Translations under genes and position numbers: made by a program
Notes under the pieces: model-generated
The model's database searches: none
What the model saw: the letters and a program-made list of their open reading frames with translations, nothing else
What the model was told of the DNA's origin: nothing
NCBI RefSeq assembly: GCF_006345805.1
Contig: NC_043025.1
Location: 7,564,001-7,628,000, forward strand
DNA: 64,000 nt
Direction: 5' to 3'
Source: Octopus sinensis
Lineage: Eukaryota
Shown: piece after piece, positions 1 to 13,741 of the stretch
How the letters are laid out: every line of letters begins with the position of its first letter
Numbering within the stretch: position 1 is the first letter of the stretch

Positions 1-113
1 GGGATACAGGCATCCAGCAACAGGACCTCCGTAATGCTATGATGGACCGTGAAGGCTGGCGTAGCATGGTAAATTCCATTGTCTCAACCACGGTCGAACA
101 ATGATGATGATGA
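1..113 (+). mobile_element. 3' end of an RTE-type LINE with (TGA)n tail
   Basis: Frame from nt 3 reads DTGIQQQDLRNAMMDREGWRSMVNSIVSTTVEQ*, followed by tgatgatgatga. The AMxDRxxWR motif is typical of RTE-clade ORF2 C-termini. Confidence 0.7.
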
Positions 114-700
114 CTGGGTTTCATGCCTTGTTGTATCTTCCAAGCAATGCCACCCTGCTAGCTGAGCAAGCAGGCCAATACTTTCATACACATATGCATA
201 TATGTATATAGATATGTTTCGAGATTAAATGTCTGACAGTAGCTACTGTTAATACGATTATAATTTTTCAGTCTATTAACCTCAGTATTAAAGATGAACT
301 ACCTTATTTAATATATTTACACTGTGTTTTAATTGGTTTAATTTCTGACCATCAATAGATGTCTTATTCCATTATACACACTTACTACCAGACAAATATT
401 ATGTACATGCCTTTATTTGTAGATGCTTTTAGCCAGTAGGTCACTGGTGCACTTAGAAAGACTGCTTGTTCATATGCATTCTGGTATTATGTATATACAT
501 AGAAATAATCTGGTGTTTTTAGATGTATGTATATGTGTATAATATATATACATATATATATATATATTGTTGTGTCTAGGGAAAGTCATTATGTCAATAT
601 TATTAGTGCACACACTGGTTCAACTCCACTCCTTTATTATTAGTCAGTTGGTTAAATATCCAAATCCAATAGCTGATTGTTTGATAATTATATATATATA

Positions 701-998
701 TCTTTATATATAAAACTAAAGTTGTGTGTGTCTGTCTCCTCCGATTTAGATTCCTAACTACTCCCACTTTTGCGGTGCAGTTTAACCAAAAGCGGGTATC
801 TTATAGTCGTGATTCATATCGAGCCCTTCTGGGTATTAGCACGCATCTACAATGAGACTATGATTTTAAAAAAAATTTACCATCATTTTTCCGCATTTTT
901 AATGATTTTTGCTTGGGTTATATAAGGGAAGTAACTCTAAAAATGCTTATATAGTTATTTCCCTTACAAACCCGAGCAACGCCGGGCGATACTGCTAG
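701..998 (+). mobile_element. Non-autonomous Helitron
   Basis: 5' TC(TTTATATATAAAA), 3' hairpin cccgagcaacgccggg followed by ...CTAG, inserted between A and T in a TA tract. Four more copies occur in the window. Confidence 0.8.
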
Positions 999-1087
999 TA
1001 TATATATATATATAGTTCAAATTTATAGATAGGTGTAGGGACAACAAGCAAGTGTATTAGTTTGACGCTTGGGGAAAATGGAAAAGT

Positions 1088-1122
1088 CTTTACGTTTTGA
1101 GCCTATGCTCTTTGACAGAAAG
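1088..1122 (-). other. Decayed copy of the hammerhead-bearing repeat seen at 26807-26842
   Basis: Minus strand reads ctttCTGTCAAagagcataggctcAAAAcgtaaag. Same stems as the 26.8 kb copy, but the catalytic boxes are mutated. Confidence 0.55.
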
Positions 1123-1697
1123 GAATACATGTTTCGGTCATCAAACTGGGCCATGCTGGGGCAATAGTTATTTTTTATGGACTGCAATACTTATTTTTTA
1201 AGTAGTGGCATCTATTGTATCAGTGTCTTTGGTTGAAGCACTAAGTTGCAGGGATGTAGTCAAACCAACATCACTTGTCAAGTGATGGGGGTGGGTACAG
1301 TCACATGCAAAAAGACATACACATAAACACACATGTACAAGTATGCATGCATGCACACATGCACAATGAGCTTCCATGCAGTTTCCGTCTATTGAATTCA
1401 TTTACAAGATTTTGGTTGGCCTGGGGTTGTACTAGATTAATGCATACTAAGACAATGGGAACACAACATTGAAATGAAAAGATTAAGTACAAAATGTTTA
1501 CTACAAGTCCCTATTCAAATAAACATAACAAACATAGACATCCCCTCATCAGCTGCCTATGAGAAATCCTTATGGTTTCGACACCTGGCTTTTTGATTGC
1601 ACACATGTTTAGTATGGTATGGTGATAAAGTTATTACTACAGAGATGCTTCTATTGCATGATCCGAATTCTGTATGTGTTTTTATATGTATATAGTA

Positions 1698-2083
1698 CTA
1701 GCAGTATCGCTCGGCGTTGCTCGGGTTTGTAAGGGAAATAACTATATAAGCATTTTTAGAGAGTTATAGCCAAAAAATGCATCAAAAATGGGAAAAAATG
1801 ATGGTAAATTTTTTTTTAAATCGTTAACTCATCGTAGACATTTTTAGAGAGTTACTTCCCTTATATAATAGCGAAAAAATGCATTAAAATGGAAAAAAAT
1901 TATGGCAATTTTTTTTTTAAATTGTAGATTCATCATAGACGTGCGCTAATACCCAGAAGGGCTCGATATGAATCACGACTATAAGATACCTGGTTTTCGT
2001 TAAACTGCACCGCAAAATGTGGGAGTAGTTAGGAATCTAAATCGTAGGAGACAGACACACAACTTGACTTTTATATATAAAGA
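1698..2083 (-). mobile_element. Non-autonomous Helitron (same family as 701-998)
   Basis: Plus strand begins ctagcagtatcgctcggcgttgctcggg and ends ttttatatataaaga, the reverse complement of the 701-998 copy. Confidence 0.8.
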
Positions 2084-2435
2084 TATACATGTACATTTGA
2101 GGTGGATGCACTTGTATGTATAGGTATGCACACTTGATGTTTCTGTGTGTTGATAGGGAAATGTGATGTTAGTGCCTATGTCCATACTCATGTGTTAAAC
2201 AATTGACAACACAGAATTTTGTAAATTTTTCACATAGGTAGAAAGTTCCAGAAAGTAATGTGGGGAAAAAGTTAAATTTGAAGTATTGTCTTCTTGTCAC
2301 TAGCTTCATTTAAGTCCACTAGGGTGATAGATATATTTCATCAGCTGATTTAGCCTCACCACTTGGCCCTAGTGCTGTTTTTAGTAGGGTTTACATCTTT
2401 TGTATTGTGTTTTAGTCCTTCATACTCTTTTCTTA

Positions 2436-2828
2436 GGCGCAGGAGTGGCTGTGTGGTAAGTAGCTTGCTAACAAACCACATGGTTGCGGGTTCAGTCCCA
2501 CTGCGTGGCATCTTGGGCAAGTGTCTTCTGCTATAGCCCTGGGCTGACCAATGCCTTGTGAATGGATTTGGTAGACGGAAACTGAAAGAAGCCTGTCGTA
2601 TATATGTATATATATATATATGTGTGTGTGTGTGTCTGTGTTTGTCCCCCTAGCATTGCTTGACAACCGATGCTGGTTTGTTTACGTCCCCGTCACTTAG
2701 CGGTTCGGCAAAAGAGACCGACAGAATAAGTACTGGGCTTACAAAGAATAAGTCCCGGGGTTGATTTGATCGACTAAAGGCGGTGCTCCAGCATGGCCGC
2801 AGTCAAATGACTGAAACAAGTAAAAGAG
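2436..2828 (+). mobile_element. tRNA-derived SINE (family A, octopus OR/CORE-like), full length
   Basis: A-box-like tggctgtgtggt, B-box-like ggttcagtccc, CORE-like cttgggcaagtgtctt, internal TA/TG tract and (gagtaaaa)-type tail. Many copies in the window. Confidence 0.8.
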
Positions 2829-3302
2829 TAGGGTGTATTTTGAGAGATTCAGCTGCCACTTCTAGCAGGACAGGCAACCATATAAATGCTTCTTTAGAGG
2901 CTCCTTTAAGACCTTTAAGAAGCAATATGAGATAGTTACCTGTAATAGGCTAACTTGGAGCAATCAGACTTAGTCTCTGCTGCTTGCCAGGTAACATAGC
3001 TATCCATCATATTACAGAACCTCTTGCAAAGAGATGATTAGCCACAGCTGTCTGGATGCTGGCAACTTGCCCCAGCTGACTGGATATTGGCCCGATTTTG
3101 GCAATGGTGCTTTTTTGGTGCTGAAGGGGAAAACACAGACTTAGATGCAAACGGACACACACACCTGCGCAGAAATATTATATATAGAGGTAAAGAGAGG
3201 GAGAGAAAGAGACACAACAATTTATTAACAGAATGTGGTTGACATAACTACTTGCCTTCTTCTCATATGCATAAAGCGAAATAAATTCACAATCACGCAA
3301 TA

Positions 3303-3464
3303 GGCGCAGGAGTGGCTGTGTGGTAAGTAGCTTGCTAACCAACCACATGGTTCCGGGTTCAGTCCCACTGTGTGGCACCTTGGGCAAGTGTCTTCTGCTG
3401 TAGCCCCGGGCCCACCAATGCCTTGTGAGTGGATTTGGTAGACGGAAACTGAAAGAAGCCTGTC

Positions 3465-3504
<40 letters not shown>

Positions 3505-3508
3505 TACA

Positions 3509-3561
<53 letters not shown>

Positions 3562-3566
3562 TAACA

Positions 3567-3608
<42 letters not shown>

Positions 3609-3800
3609 ATATATATTATATATATATATAGGCACAGGAGTGGCTGTGTGGTAAGTAGCTTGTTTACCAACCACATGGTTCCGGGTTCAGTCCCACTGTG
3701 TGGCACCTTGGGCAAGTGTCTTCTGCTGTAGCCCCGGGCCCACCAATGCCTTGTGAGTGATTTGGTAGACGGAAACTGAAAAAGCCTGTCTATATATATA

Positions 3801-3845
<45 letters not shown>

Positions 3846-4007
3846 CACAGGAGTGGCTGTGTGGTAAGTAGCTTGTTTACCAACCACATGGTTCCGGGTT
3901 CAGTCCCACTGTGTGGCACCTTGGGCAAGTGTCTTCTGCTGTAGCCCCGGGCCCACCAATGCCTTGTGAGTGGATTTGGTAGACGGAAACTGAAAGAAGC
4001 CTGTCGT

Positions 4008-4054
<47 letters not shown>

Positions 4055-4456
4055 TATATATATATAGCACAGGAGTGGCTGTGTGGTAAGTAGCTTGTTT
4101 ACCAACCACATGGTTCCGGGTTCAGTCCCACTGTGTGGCACCTTGGGCAAGTGTCTTCTGCTGTGCCCCGGGCCCACCATGCCTTGTGAGTGTGATTTGG
4201 TAGACGGAAACTGAAAGAAGCCTGTCGTGTATATGTATATATATATGTTTGTGTGTCTGTGTTTGTCCCCCTAGCATTGCTTGACAACCGATGCTGGTGT
4301 GTCCATGTCCCCGTCACTTAGCGGTTCGGCAAAAGGGACCAATAGAATAAGTACTAGGCTTACAAAGAATAAGTCCTGGGGTCGATTTGCTCGACTAAAG
4401 GCGGTGCTCCAGCATGGCTGCAGTCAAACGACTGAAACAAGTAAAAGAGTAAAAGA
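3303..4456 (+). repeat. Four tandem family-A SINE heads separated by (TA)n; only the last carries the 3' half
   Basis: ggc(g/a)caggagtggctgtgtgg starts at 3303, 3631, 3844 and 4067. The units share the diagnostic gtagccccgggcccaccaatgcc. Confidence 0.85.
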
Positions 4457-4765
4457 GAGAGTATATAAATGAAGAGAGAGAGAGAGAGATTTCAAGATAT
4501 TAGGATTTATTAATACAGTTGACAGGTTTTTTTCCTGCTCCACATACATTTAAAGAGAAATATACTTAAACATATAGGCACAGGAGTGGCTGTGTGGTAA
4601 GTAGCTTGCTAACCAACCACATGGTTCCGGGTTCAGTCCCACTGTCTGTCTATCTGAATATTATCATATGTATCCCTTTTCCTCAGGGTGGAAACAATAC
4701 ATTAGGAGTAGTCAATTGGATATAAATAACTGTCTATATACATACATATATATATATATATTTGG

Positions 4766-5198
4766 GGATCTTTTCGGTTTGAACAGCAGTTTTATCTAGC
4801 GGTGTCATATGAAATTGTCACCCATAATTATGACCCTAGTATCGATCTATTGCATTTCAATCTGTTTTAGGATTAGGGTTGGAGTTAGGGTTAGGGGTGG
4901 GAGGAGGGTATCTTTTTTTTCTTCAGAAATATAAATAAACCCAATCTGTTTCTTAAACGAGGGACATATTCATATGGCACAGAATGTTTTTTTTACCTCA
5001 ATGGCCGGTCATTGATTGGTTGAAATTGCCGAAATTGAAGAAGTAAAAACAACAGATATCTTACAAACTATAGAATTTTCTTAATAAAGCCAAGAGAAAA
5101 AGATGTTTTATAAACACATTCTACCAGTATACGAAGTTTAAAAGTGTTTAGTTACGTGGAAATTATGTTAAAAAACGCCGTTCAAACCGAAAAGATCC
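4766..5198. mobile_element. MITE with ~28-bp terminal inverted repeats (monomer of the element expanded at 46736-48846)
   Basis: Left ggatcttttcggtttgaacagcagtttt, right aaaacgccgttcaaaccgaaaagatcc. Internal TTAGGG-like tract. Confidence 0.8.
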
Positions 5199-6071
5199 TA
5201 TATATACATATATATATATATATGTAGACAGTATTATGTATATATATTTATGTGTGTATGTTTCCTTCATCGTCTTTTACTCATTCTCCCCTTTCTCACT
5301 TTAGTTTCCATACACATATACACACTTACATATACACACGCACCCCACTTTTGCTATCTTTATTCTGTTTAGTTCTGTAGAATTTATCCGGTTTTAATTT
5401 TTTTTTTTTTAAATAGAATTGAAATTTGTAAGATTCTCTGTGTCAATGTATAATCATTTTCCCACTGAATTTGTGTGTGTGTGTGTGTGTATGTTTGTGT
5501 GTGTGTGCATATATATGTATACATGTATATATATATATGCACAAAATGTGTGTATCTGTAGTCACACACATACACAGACACGTGTATGTATGAGTGTGTA
5601 TGTATATATGTATGTACATGTATCTATGTGTATGTATATATTTGTGTATATATATGTATGTATGTATATATGTATAATATCATATGTGATTCATTAAATA
5701 TATGTTCCACAGTTAAATGGTTGCTATATACTGCAATAGAAAATATACCTACTAAATTTCATTTTGGCAAAGAATATGTAAAATGTTCAGGACCTACCTG
5801 GTTTTATCTATTTATTTATCTATCTGTCTTTCTAGAATCTTCAACAAGATATAAGATCTGTAATCGTATGTAGACTGCAAAGTTATTCAATTTTAAAAAA
5901 TTGTTCCATTTGTTAAACTAAAAAATTTTTCAAAATTTGGTGTTAGATGAAATTTCATATATTTGTTAGGCGTTACAGTTATATTTCTTTAGTGTTCGTT
6001 TTACAGGAAATAACTAATTAATTAATTAACAAAACAGACAGATAAGGGAAACCTGATGCCTTACAATTATA

Positions 6072-6110
<39 letters not shown>

Positions 6111-6117
<7 letters not shown>

Positions 6118-6262
6118 GTGTAGGAAGAAATGGAGCTGAACGAAGATTTAACAAAATTCCTTTATATTTTCTACATATGTTTCAAAGGCTGTTTGTGAAA
6201 AATAATAAAAAAGGAATTTTGTTAAATCTTCGTTCAGCTCCATTTCTTCCTACACTAAATAT
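6111..6262. repeat. Perfect ~50-bp inverted repeat (foldback/MITE-like)
   Basis: atatttagtgtaggaagaaatggagctgaacgaagatttaacaaaattcctt ... aaggaattttgttaaatcttcgttcagctccatttcttcctacactaaatat. Confidence 0.85.
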
Positions 6263-6410
6263 AAAAACTTCAAATTTCCGCACTAAGGCACGGATTTTAG
6301 GGCCCCATGGTCGTAACCTCAACCGTGCTTTTTCTGTTGTGATTTTTGCTACCCAGGTATCGGTTATGATTTGAATAATCCGTAATAAGATAATTCATTT
6401 ATCTACTTCA

Positions 6411-6444
<34 letters not shown>

Positions 6445-6463
6445 GTAATAATGATAATAATCC

Positions 6464-6689
6464 ATGGATGGAATTTATGGATATTTTAATGCATCGCTAC
6501 GCACGTTTCCAGAAATCACATGTTTCTTATGATCATAGTCCATATTCCTGGGATGATTACACCCGATGTCCATGGATACTGTGGCCTGTTCTGTAATCTC
6601 CTCAACTTTACGGACTATGATTGTAAGAAACATTTGATTTGTGGAAATGTGCGTAGTGATGTATTAAAATATTCATAAATTCAATCCAT
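6464..6689. mobile_element. MITE with ~55-bp imperfect TIRs
   Basis: atggatggaatttatggatattttaatgcatcgctacgcacgtttccagaaatca pairs with tgatttgtggaaatgtgcgtagtgatgtattaaaatattcataaattcaatccat. Confidence 0.7.
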
Positions 6690-7216
6690 AGATTATTATT
6701 ATTATTACTATATTTATCCTACGTCATATTGGCATAGCTCGGTCCAGCCCCATAAAACTGCTATTGCAAGTTGATATCATTAGGCTGTAGCCAATATAAT
6801 AAGGGCTTTTATATGCCTTCTCAAAAACATTCCCCTGTAAATGATGTGTGTGTGTATATATTTATATATATATACACACACATATGGTCAAACAGACTCC
6901 AAAGAGATGGTGTGAGTTTTGTATTAAATAGTAAAATTGATAAAAAAAAAGGAGTACAGTCAACTTGCCATAGGGTGTAGAAAATCTGCTGTTTCAGACA
7001 GTCCTCTCTCAAGGAAAGTTGAGAGGAGAGAAATTAGTGTGAGACGGTAGAGCTTTACATGTTCTAAGTTCCTCTCCCTACTGCAAATTCACTGTATTCT
7101 TTTTACCAATTTTACTATATGTATATATATGTGTATGTATATTATATATATATATGTGGTGCTATTAAGTTAGACATGGCCTGGGCCAATAATGCCGAAA
7201 CCTATCAAAGATAATC

Positions 7217-7263
<47 letters not shown>

Positions 7264-7990
7264 ATATATATATGTATTATATATATGTATGTTATATATG
7301 TATATGATATGATGTATATATATATGTATGTATCTATATATGTATGTATATATATATGTATGTATATTATATGTCTGTATATTATATGTATGTATATATA
7401 TATGATGTATATATATCTCTGGTATATATATATGTATGTATATATATATACGTGTATGTATATGTGTATTTGTGGATATATATATGTGTATGATATATGT
7501 ATATATATATATATGTAAATACACACACACACACATACTAATATCTAACAGTGAGAATGAGTGCTGTTGTGGGATGAATGTAATTTATTTGCGGGTTAAC
7601 AATGCTACCAATGGTTTCATGCTGGGAGAAATCTCAGCAATTGTCACCCCAACTGCATGAGACATTGGTGCTTATCTCCATCTTGGATGAAAACATCGGC
7701 ATGGGACAAGTGGTAGCCTTGTCAACCCACAAGTAATACATATATATATATATTGCTTTTATGTACAATAACTGCACACCATGTATATTTTAACTATTTG
7801 TACACAGGTTTTCTTTTTTATCTAAGGGACTACAGCATTATATATTTTTGTTATTTACATTTAAATACAATGACATGTATGTTTAATATATATTACATGT
7901 AACAAAATAAAACATCTAGATGCAATAACTTGTGTATATATATATATACATGCATTCACACACACACACAAACATGTATATGTATACACA

Positions 7991-8188
7991 CAAAGGGGTG
8001 CTGAAAAGTCCCTAGCTTTGTGGTAAGAGAAAATACAGGGGTATCGGTTAATTATGATTTTATTCAACATGTGTCCCCTCTCAGTTTCACACCCTTGCTG
8101 CCTCAGTTTTTCCAACCCCTGTAAAAAGACCTCCAACCAGGCTTTTCGCGACACCCTTAAAGCCAGAAACATTTCAGCACCTCCTATG
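7991..8188. mobile_element. Internally deleted mariner-like element
   Basis: Ends caaaggggtgctgaaaagt / acatttcagcacctcctat form imperfect TIRs resembling mariner termini. Confidence 0.5.
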
Positions 8189-8230
8189 TGTACTTTATAT
8201 ATATATATATACATACATACATACATACAT

Positions 8231-8286
<56 letters not shown>

Positions 8287-8788
8287 CATATACTATATAC
8301 ACACACACACACATATGCATGCACATGTATATATGTATATACATATATATGTTTGCTGGTACAACAGGCTAATGAAATTGTATTTTTGTTTGAAATAGGT
8401 GAAAAAAAAAAAAAAAAAATTTCATTTTCTTCTGTGTAAAGAAAAAAAATATTATAATCTATAAATTCATTTAATAAGTGTTTTGCACAAAACTCTTGGC
8501 CCTGGTTTCTTTTCTGTAGCCTTACGTCTAAGAAAAAAAAAATGTGTAAATATATATATATGTATATATAAATGTATTTAATATATGTGTATATTTATAT
8601 ATGTGTAGATAGTCGAATATATTTTTGATGAAACTCAAGCAGATGTGCTTTGTATTTATGATTAATTAACAATTGACTAATTATTAGCCTCTATGTATGT
8701 GTGTGTGTGTAGGGAGAGGGGAAGTTTGTCACCTTTTGCTGACTCTATTGCCATCCTTAGACAAGATACTCAGCCAAAATTTGAAACC

Positions 8789-8828
<40 letters not shown>

Positions 8829-8829
8829 G

Positions 8830-10069
8830 GAAGGTGGTGAGCTGGCAAAATCAACAGTATACTAAGCTAAATGCTTAGCAGTATTTTGGAGGCGATTAAA
8901 TAAGTACCTATTTCTTTATTACCCACAAGGGGCCAAACACAGAGGGGACAAACATGGACCAGACATAGGTATTAAGTCGATTACATCGACCCCAGTGTGT
9001 AACTGGTACTTAATTTATCGACCCCAAAAGGATGAAAGGCAAAGTCGACCTCGGTGGAATTTGAACTCACAACGTAACGGCAGCCGAAAAACCGCTAAGC
9101 ATTTCGCCCGACGTGCTAACGATTCTGGCAGCTCGCTCGCCGATTGATTAAATAAGTACCTGCTACGTACTGGGGGTCGATGTAACCGACTCTCTCCCTC
9201 CCTCCCCCCCAAAATTTCGGGCCTTGTGCCTATAGTAGAAAGGACTTAAGGTGGCAAGCTGGCAGAATCGTTAGCATGCTGAGCAAAATGCTTCATGGCA
9301 TTTCATCCGTCTTAACGTTCTGAGTTCAAATTCCGCTGCAGTCGACTTTACCTTTAATCGTTTCAGGGTTGATAAATTAAGTGCCAGTGTAACCCTGGGG
9401 TCGATGTAATCGATTTATCCCCTCCCTCAAAATGTCGGGCCTTGTGCCTTTAGTAAAAAGGATTATTGTTATCCCATTATAAAAATCCTGGCTCTTTATA
9501 TTCTGAATGAAAATCCTGCTGGGGCCAGCTTTGTTTTCTATCATTAAAGTACCAGTCGAATACTAGAATCGATACAATTGACTTGCCCTCTTCCTTAAAT
9601 TTGCAGGCCTTGTGCTAAAATTTGTAGCCATTGTTATTAATATTGTTATTATTATTATTATCATCATCATCATCATCATTATTATTATTATATTCTTGCT
9701 GAGGTCAACTTTGCCTTTCATCATTTCAGGATCAATAAAATTTAGTAGGACTTACTGGAAATCGATAATATTGATTAACCCTTCCTCTCAAAAATTTGGG
9801 CCTTCTGCCTAATTATTATCATCATTATCGTTATTAAGGTGGTGAGCTGGCAAAACTGCCTTTCTCCTTTCGGGATTGATAAAATAAGCACCAGTCGAGC
9901 ACTGGGGTCGATGGAATTGACTTATGCTCTCCCTAAAATTCCTGGCTTTGTGCCAAAATTTGAAACCATTATTATTATTATTATTATTATTATTCAGTAG
10001 TCTTATTTTTATAGCGTGCTTTCACTTCACTACCGAGCGCAGCTTTGTGTGCCTTCGGTATGTGCTGTG

Positions 10070-10102
<33 letters not shown>

Positions 10103-10800
10103 TATTATTATTTAGTCCCATTTTGTCTATCTTATAATTCCTCACTTATAATTCTGCCGTTGTTGACCTTGAGTTTCATCCTTTTAGGGTCAATAAAATA
10201 AGTACCAGTTACACACTGGGGTCAATTTAGTCAACTAGTCCTCTCCCCACAAATTTCAGGCCTTGTGCCTATAGTAGAAAGGATTATTAATATCATTATC
10301 ATTATTATTATTATTATTATAATTATTATTATTATTATTGAGAGAATCCTTAGCAAGCCGGATGAAGTGCTTAGGTTGACTTTGCCTTTCGTCCCTTTGG
10401 GGTCGATTAAATAAGTACCAGTTACACACTAGGGGTGTTGGTGGGGGTCAATGTAATCGACTTAATTCCTTCTCCCAAATACGAAGCCTTGTGCTTCCAG
10501 TAGAAATTTTATTGACCCTGGGAGAATGAAAGGTTAAGTTGACCTTGGTGGCATTTGAACTCAGATTGTATAGTACCTAACTAAATGACACAAGGCCCTA
10601 ATGATTCAGAGAGGTAGATTGACTGAATCATTAGGGCCTTGTGTCGTTAAGCTAGGTACTGTACAATCTGAGTTCAAATGCCACCAAAGTCAACTTAACC
10701 TTTCATTCTCCCAGGGGTCAATAAAATTGATTATCGCTCAAGAACTGCTCTTGAAACTGTTAACTAACTCCCTCCTCCAATTATTTTAGGCCTTATACGT
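8830..10800. mobile_element. Cluster of partial family-B SINE copies in both orientations, interspersed with (TAT)n/(CAT)n
   Basis: Recurrent motifs aaggtggcgagctggcagaatc, gagttcaaattccgc, gtcgactttgcctttcatcc and ggggtcgat. Confidence 0.7.
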
Positions 10801-10856
10801 ATGCTAGAAACAATTATTATTGTTGTTGTTGTTATTATTATCATTATTATTATTAT

Positions 10857-13333
10857 TGAGTGAGAGAGCAGTTCATGCCATCAAAGTGACACTGGGATAA
10901 AATATACGAAGCCCAATATACCCATCATGACTACCCGTCTGATAAGGTTACACCAGGCACATGCATCACAATCATATGTGCACGACATGGTGATCTCTTA
11001 TCAAGATAAACAGCACATGACGTTGCAGGTTGGGCCCAGTTAGAATTTTCTTTAGGTTGAGTAGCCCATCCTGCTCAAAAGGTCCCTGAATAAGCATTCT
11101 TTAAGGATGTTGAACAAACCACCCATGTTTCCAATGGTGAATTATCAAAATCTCTAAGAATTCCTCTCAACACATGGCTATGATGCTCCCCCACTACTTC
11201 TGCTCGTGATCAGAGATGCCCATATCGTCAGCCACTAAGGGACATGCTCAACTGGTTACGGTCAAACAACTGACAAGCAAATCTGTGGTATTGAGCAGAA
11301 TATTTGCTGTAGCCCATCTTTTATACCAAGACAAAACAATGTACATGATAACACTTCCAATCAGTTAAGATCAGAAGCCATGAGAGCCACTGCCTGGTAC
11401 TGCATCAGGGCATTAGCAAATCTGTGGTATTGAGCAGAATATTTGCTGTAGCCCATCTTTTATACCAAGACAAAACAATGTACATGATAACACTCCCAAT
11501 CAGTTAAGATCAGAAGCCATGAGAGCCACTGCCTGGTACTGCATCAGGGCATTAGCAAATCTGTGGTATTGAGCAGAATATTTGCTGTAGCCCATCTTTT
11601 ATACCAAGACAAAACAATGTACATGATAACACTCCCAATCAGTTAAGATCAGAAGCCATGAGAGCCAATGTCTGGTACTGCATCAGGGCATTAGCAAATC
11701 TGTGGTATTGAGCAGAATATTTGCTGTAGCCCATCTTTTATACCAAGACAAAACAATGTACATGATAACACTCCCAATCAGTTAAGATCAGAAGCCATGA
11801 GAGCCAATGTCTGGTACTGCATCAGGGCATTAGCAAATCTGTGGTATTGAGCAGAATATTTGCTGTAGCCATCTTTTATACCAACCAAACAATGTACATG
11901 ATAACACCCAATCAGTTAAGATCAGAAGCCATGAGAGCCAATGTCTGGTACTGCATCAGGGCATTAGCAAATCTGTGGTATTGAGCAGAATATTTGCTGT
12001 AGCCCATCTTTATACCAAGACAAAACAATGTACATGATAACACCCCAATCAGTTAAGATCAGAAGCCATGAGAGCCATGTCTGGTACTGCATCAGGGCAT
12101 TAGCAAATCTGTGGTATTGAGCAGAATATTTGCTGTAGCCCATCTTTTATACCAAGACAAAACATGTACATGATAACACTCCCAATCAGTTAAGATCAGA
12201 AGCCATGAGAGCCACTGCCTGGTACTGCATCAGGGCATTAGCAAATCTGTGGTATTGAGCAGAATATTTGCTGTAGCCCATCTTTTATACCAAGACAAAA
12301 AGTACATGATAACACCTCCAATCAGTTAAGATCAGAAGCCATGAGAGCCACTGCCTGGTACTGCATCAGGGCATTAGCAAATCTGTGGTATTGAGCAGAA
12401 TATTTGCTGTAGCCCATCTTTTATACCAGACAAAACAATGTACATATAACACTCCCAATCAGTTAAGATCAGAAGCCATGAGAGCCACTGCCTGGTACTG
12501 CATCAGGGCATTAGCAAATCTGTGGTATTGAGCAGAATATTTGCTGTAGCCCATCTTTATACCAAGACAAAACAATGTACATGATAACACTTCCAATCAG
12601 TTAAGATCAGAAGCCATGAGAGCCACTGCCTGGTACTGCATCAGGGCATTAGCAAATCTGTGGTATTGAGCAGAATATTTGCTGTAGCCCATCTTTTATA
12701 CCAAGACAAAACAATGTACATGATAACACTTCCAATCAGTTAAGATCAGAAGCCATGAGAGCCACTGCCTGGTACTGCATCAGGGCATTAGCAAATCTGT
12801 GGTATTGAGCAGAATATTTGCTGTAGCCCATCTTTTATACCAAGACAAAACAATGTACATGATACACTCCCAATCAGTTAAGATCAGAAGCCATGAGAGC
12901 CACTGCCTGGTACTGCATCAGGGCATTAGCAATCTGTGGTATTGAGCAAATATTTGCTGTAGCCCATCTTTTATACCCAGACAAAACAATGTACATGATA
13001 ACACTACAATCAGTTAAGATCAGAAGCCATGAGAGCCCTGCCTGGTACTGCATCAGGGCATTAGCAAATCTGTGGTATTGAGCAGAATATTTGCTGTAGC
13101 CCATCTTTTATACCAAGACAAAACAATGTACATGATAACACTTCCAATCAGTTAAGATCAGAAGCCATGAGAGCCACTGCTGGTACTGCATCAGGGCATT
13201 AGCACTCTATGGATTGAGCAGAATATTTGCCGTGGTCCATCTTTTATACCAAGACAAAACAATTACATGATAACACTTCCAATCAGTTAAGATCAGAACC
13301 ATGAGAGCCACTGCCTGTTACTGCATCGGGCAT
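10857..13333 (-). mobile_element. Non-autonomous retroposon-like element in a (TAA)n microsatellite, one terminus tandemly amplified
   Basis: Flanked on both sides by (TTA)n, no TIRs, ~420 bp of single-copy body followed by the 139-bp array. Class and strand are inferred. Confidence 0.5.
11277..13333. repeat. Tandem array, 139-bp unit, ~15 copies
   Basis: Unit gcaaatctgtggtattgagcag...ctgcatcagggcatta starts at 11277 and 11416 and continues, near-identical, to ~13333. Confidence 0.95.
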
Positions 13334-13528
13334 TTATTATTATTATTATTATTATATTATGTATTTATTAGAGTAAAGGAAGATGGTGAGCTGGTGGAAT
13401 CATTTGCACGCTGGGTGAAATGCTTAGCTGCATTTTGTCTACTGCTACATTCGTCTACCGCTACATTTTATCTATCGCTACATTCCGTTAAGGTCAACTC
13501 TGCCCTCCATCCTTTCGGGGTTGATTAA

Positions 13529-13741
13529 CCCTTTAGTGTTCTGATTATTCTATCAAACGTAATGCCTATTGATTCACATTGATTTGAATTAATCGTGCAT
13601 TGTCTCATATCTTCAAGATCTTGATGGTGTAATTACCCAATGTAGAATAACATTGTAGGGTAGGTGTGAGGGCCTGGATCTGGTCAGTTTGAACATAAAA
13701 CAGATTATTTTGGCCAGATATGACCAGTTTAAATACTAAAG
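13529..13741. mobile_element. piggyBac-type (TTAA) MITE, diverged monomer of the element expanded at 32.5-35.8 kb
   Basis: Starts ttaa|ccctttag and contains cattgtagggtaggtgtgag...ggatctgg...tttgaacataaaaca. Confidence 0.6.
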
